Shown: in pieces, positions 61,558-64,000 of the stretch
Layout of the letters: each line of letters starts with the position of its first letter
Numbering within the stretch: position 1 is the stretch's first letter
Assembly (NCBI GenBank): GCA_044892505.1
Contig: CM097882.1
Coordinates: 586,086,001 to 586,150,000, forward strand
Direction of reading: 5' to 3'
DNA: 64,000 nt
From: Schmidtea nova
Lineage: Eukaryota
The notes under the pieces: generated by a model
Databases searched by the model: none
Told to the model about the DNA's origin: nothing
The model's input: the letters and a program-made list of their open reading frames with translations, nothing else
Program-made: the position numbers and the translations under genes

Positions 61558-63125
61558 AAATAAATAAAAGAACATCTTTTTAAAAATATATTATTGCAAT
61601 ATATTTCAACAGCTTAGCTGTCATCATCAGGCTTTCCACAATCTCAATAAAATAAAAATTGATCTTAATTTTACGCTTAATAGTGATTACATAATTACAT
61701 GTGTATAATCCAATAAAATTTTTATTTACCCTAGTAAAATTAATTAAAAACTCTCAAAATGCATTTTATCTTTGATAATCAATGGTATAAGCAAATTGAT
61801 GGTGTTGCCATGGGCTCACCTTTAGCTCCTACACTGGCATCTATTTTTATGTCAAGTTTAGAAAATAAATTTACAAATTGTAGTGTGAATAAATGTTGAT
61901 GATATTTTTCTTGTATTTAAGAATAAAGAACATGTTGAGCCTTTTTTGTATTATATGAAAAATTTGCATTAAAATATTAAATTTGCTTTTAAAGAAGAAA
62001 TTAATTCTAAAATATCATTTCTCGATTTGTTGATTGAAAAGAAAGAGAAACATTTTGAAACTGAAATTTATAGGAAAACAACAGATATTGGTTTGTATAC
62101 ATCACCGGAAAGCTTCTGTGATTTTAAATATAAAATAAATATGATAAGAGGATCGGTTTATCGTTCTTGGACATTGCCGTCAACTTCTTGTATATCCATA
62201 AATAGTATTGATAAATTACTTAAATTACTACAGAATAATGAATATTCAAAATGTTTCTTGCTACGAATGGTGAGTAAAACAGTTTATAAGTGTATTAATA
62301 AGTTGACTGTGATTGATGACAAAATTTCTCCTGGTGTTGATCCGTTTAATACCTCTGATAATGCTCCTTTGATTGAAACAGGTGATGTTGTTATGGGTAT
62401 AAATGATGGTGTTGATGGTAATAATAATGAAATAAATAAAAGTAACTTGAATGATAGAGTTGGTTTTGGTATAGTTTTACCGTTTTCTGAGGGATTTGTA
62501 AATTTTAAAAATCTATTATAAAATCTATTGAAAATACTAATGTTAAAATAATTTCAAAGTCTTGCAAAGTTCGGGACATGTTCCGTAATAAATCTGTTCA
62601 GTAATAAGTCTGTGTTCTGATCTCGTATATCGTTTTACTTTTAATGAGTGTAATGCCACATACATTATGGGACTGCCCGTAATCTCTGTACACGAGTTCA
62701 AGAACATGCCAGAAAAAGCGGAGGTTTTTAAAATTATTATGAACGTATGAATTGTAATGCCACATACATTATGGGACTGCCCGTAATCTCTGTACACGAG
62801 TTCAAGAACTTGCCAGAAAGAGCGGAGGTTTTTAAAATTATTATGAAAGTATGAATTGTAAGGCTTTGATGATAAAATCATTTAATCCTAAAATAAACAT
62901 ACAAAATGCAATATATACATGCATTTTGAGAGTTTTTAATTAATTTTACTAGGGTAAATAAAAGTTTTATTGGATTGTGCACATGTGATTATGTAATCAC
63001 TATTAAGCGTATAATTAAGATCAATTTTTATTTTATTGAGATTGTGTAAAGCCTGATGATGACAGCTAAGCTGTTGAAATATATTGCATTAATATATTTA
63101 AAAAATGGTGTTCTTTTATTTATTA
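61558..63125 (+). mobile_element. 5'-truncated Penelope-like retroelement with inverted pseudo-LTRs
   Basis: Arm 61558-61764 is the reverse complement of 62919-63125; between them RT (KQIDGVAMGSPLAP, VDDIF, ISFLD, EIYRKTT) and GIY-YIG (LVYRFTFNECNATYI-G-TARNLCTRVQEH) remnants; ~107-bp tandem duplication at ~62650-62860. Confidence 0.92.
63047..63091 (+). ncRNA. Minimal type I hammerhead ribozyme in PLE pseudo-LTR (inverted copy at 61592-61636)
   Basis: TAAAGC-CTGATGA-T-GACAGC-TAA-GCTGTT-GAA-ATATAT-T-GCATTA. Confidence 0.75.
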
Positions 63126-63133
63126 TTATTATT

Positions 63134-63186
<53 letters not shown>

Positions 63187-64000
63187 GGTAACAATAGTAA
63201 GCCTTTTCCGAAATGTTTATTTAAATAAATATTTCGACCTTAAAAAGATCCTGATCACAACAATACCAAATTCTTTCCAATTGACTTCCCACTTCTTTCT
63301 AGAAATTTTCTTTCTCCTGAATTCTGATTTAATGTTGATTATTAAAACAATTTAAGATTTATTCTTGAGATGTATTAAATAGAATTTAAATTAAAATTTT
63401 TTTTATTTAATGATTTTCAGTAATTAGAGCGTCATTTTTTAAAATTATTTTAAAAAATTATATAGATTCAAAAGTCTTCTTTTCTTCTTCTTCTAAAATG
63501 CTCTTTTTTAAAAATTAAAACATTTTAAAAAATTAAGAAACCACTTCCCAATACAAAATGCGAATAATTCTTTCATGAAACAAGCTATTTTAATGATTTC
63601 TCAAGAATAAATCTCACTTTGAAATTGTATTTTTTTTATTAAAATATTATCCGTAGCTATTTTGAAGACGACGTTAATCTGGCTCAGATTGAAAACATAA
63701 ATACAAATTGTATTGTTTAATAAACTTTGCTAACNNNNNNNNNNNNNNNNNNNNNNNNNNNNNNNNNNNNNNNNNNNNNNNNNNNNNNNNNNNNNNNNNN
63801 NNNNNNNNNNNNNNNNNNNNNNNNNNNNNNNNNNNNNNNNNNNNNNNNNNNNNNNNNNNNNNNNNNNNNNNNNNNNNNNNNNNNNNNNNNNNNNNNNNNN
63901 NNNNNNNNNNNNNNNNNNNNNNNNNNNNNNNNNNNNNNNNNNNNNNNNNNTCCGATTGATCTCCTCATCCATTGAAAATTCTGTATTTTTACGAAGCTTC

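Overview
Very AT-rich eukaryotic (probably invertebrate; a planarian-like host is a guess) repeat-dominated window with eight assembly gaps and no supportable host gene. Contents: (1) a young Ty3/gypsy LTR retrotransposon (1027-5789, identical 228-bp LTRs, GTGGT TSD) nested in an older gypsy; (2) a foldback Mutator-like element, piggyBac and hAT MITEs, a Buster-type hAT, a mariner and two Tc1-type remnants; (3) Penelope-like retroelement remnants with several minimal hammerhead ribozyme motifs, including a U3-A8 core variant; (4) a 14.75-kb gypsy element (43770-58521, 308-bp LTRs differing at 2 nt, CTGAT TSD) containing ~10.4 kb of a left-truncated Maverick/Polinton. The Maverick has integrase, packaging ATPase, major and minor capsid and adenain protease genes, short spliceosomal-type introns, and a divergently transcribed accessory block. 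That block encodes an intact TATA-binding-protein (TBP) homologue, an acidic Cys-rich protein, an orphan and a TNFR-like membrane protein, next to a terminal region with E2F and AP-1 site clusters. The Maverick-encoded TBP with its regulatory layout, and the gypsy-Maverick composite, are the most notable observations. All family assignments come from motif recognition, not database searches.
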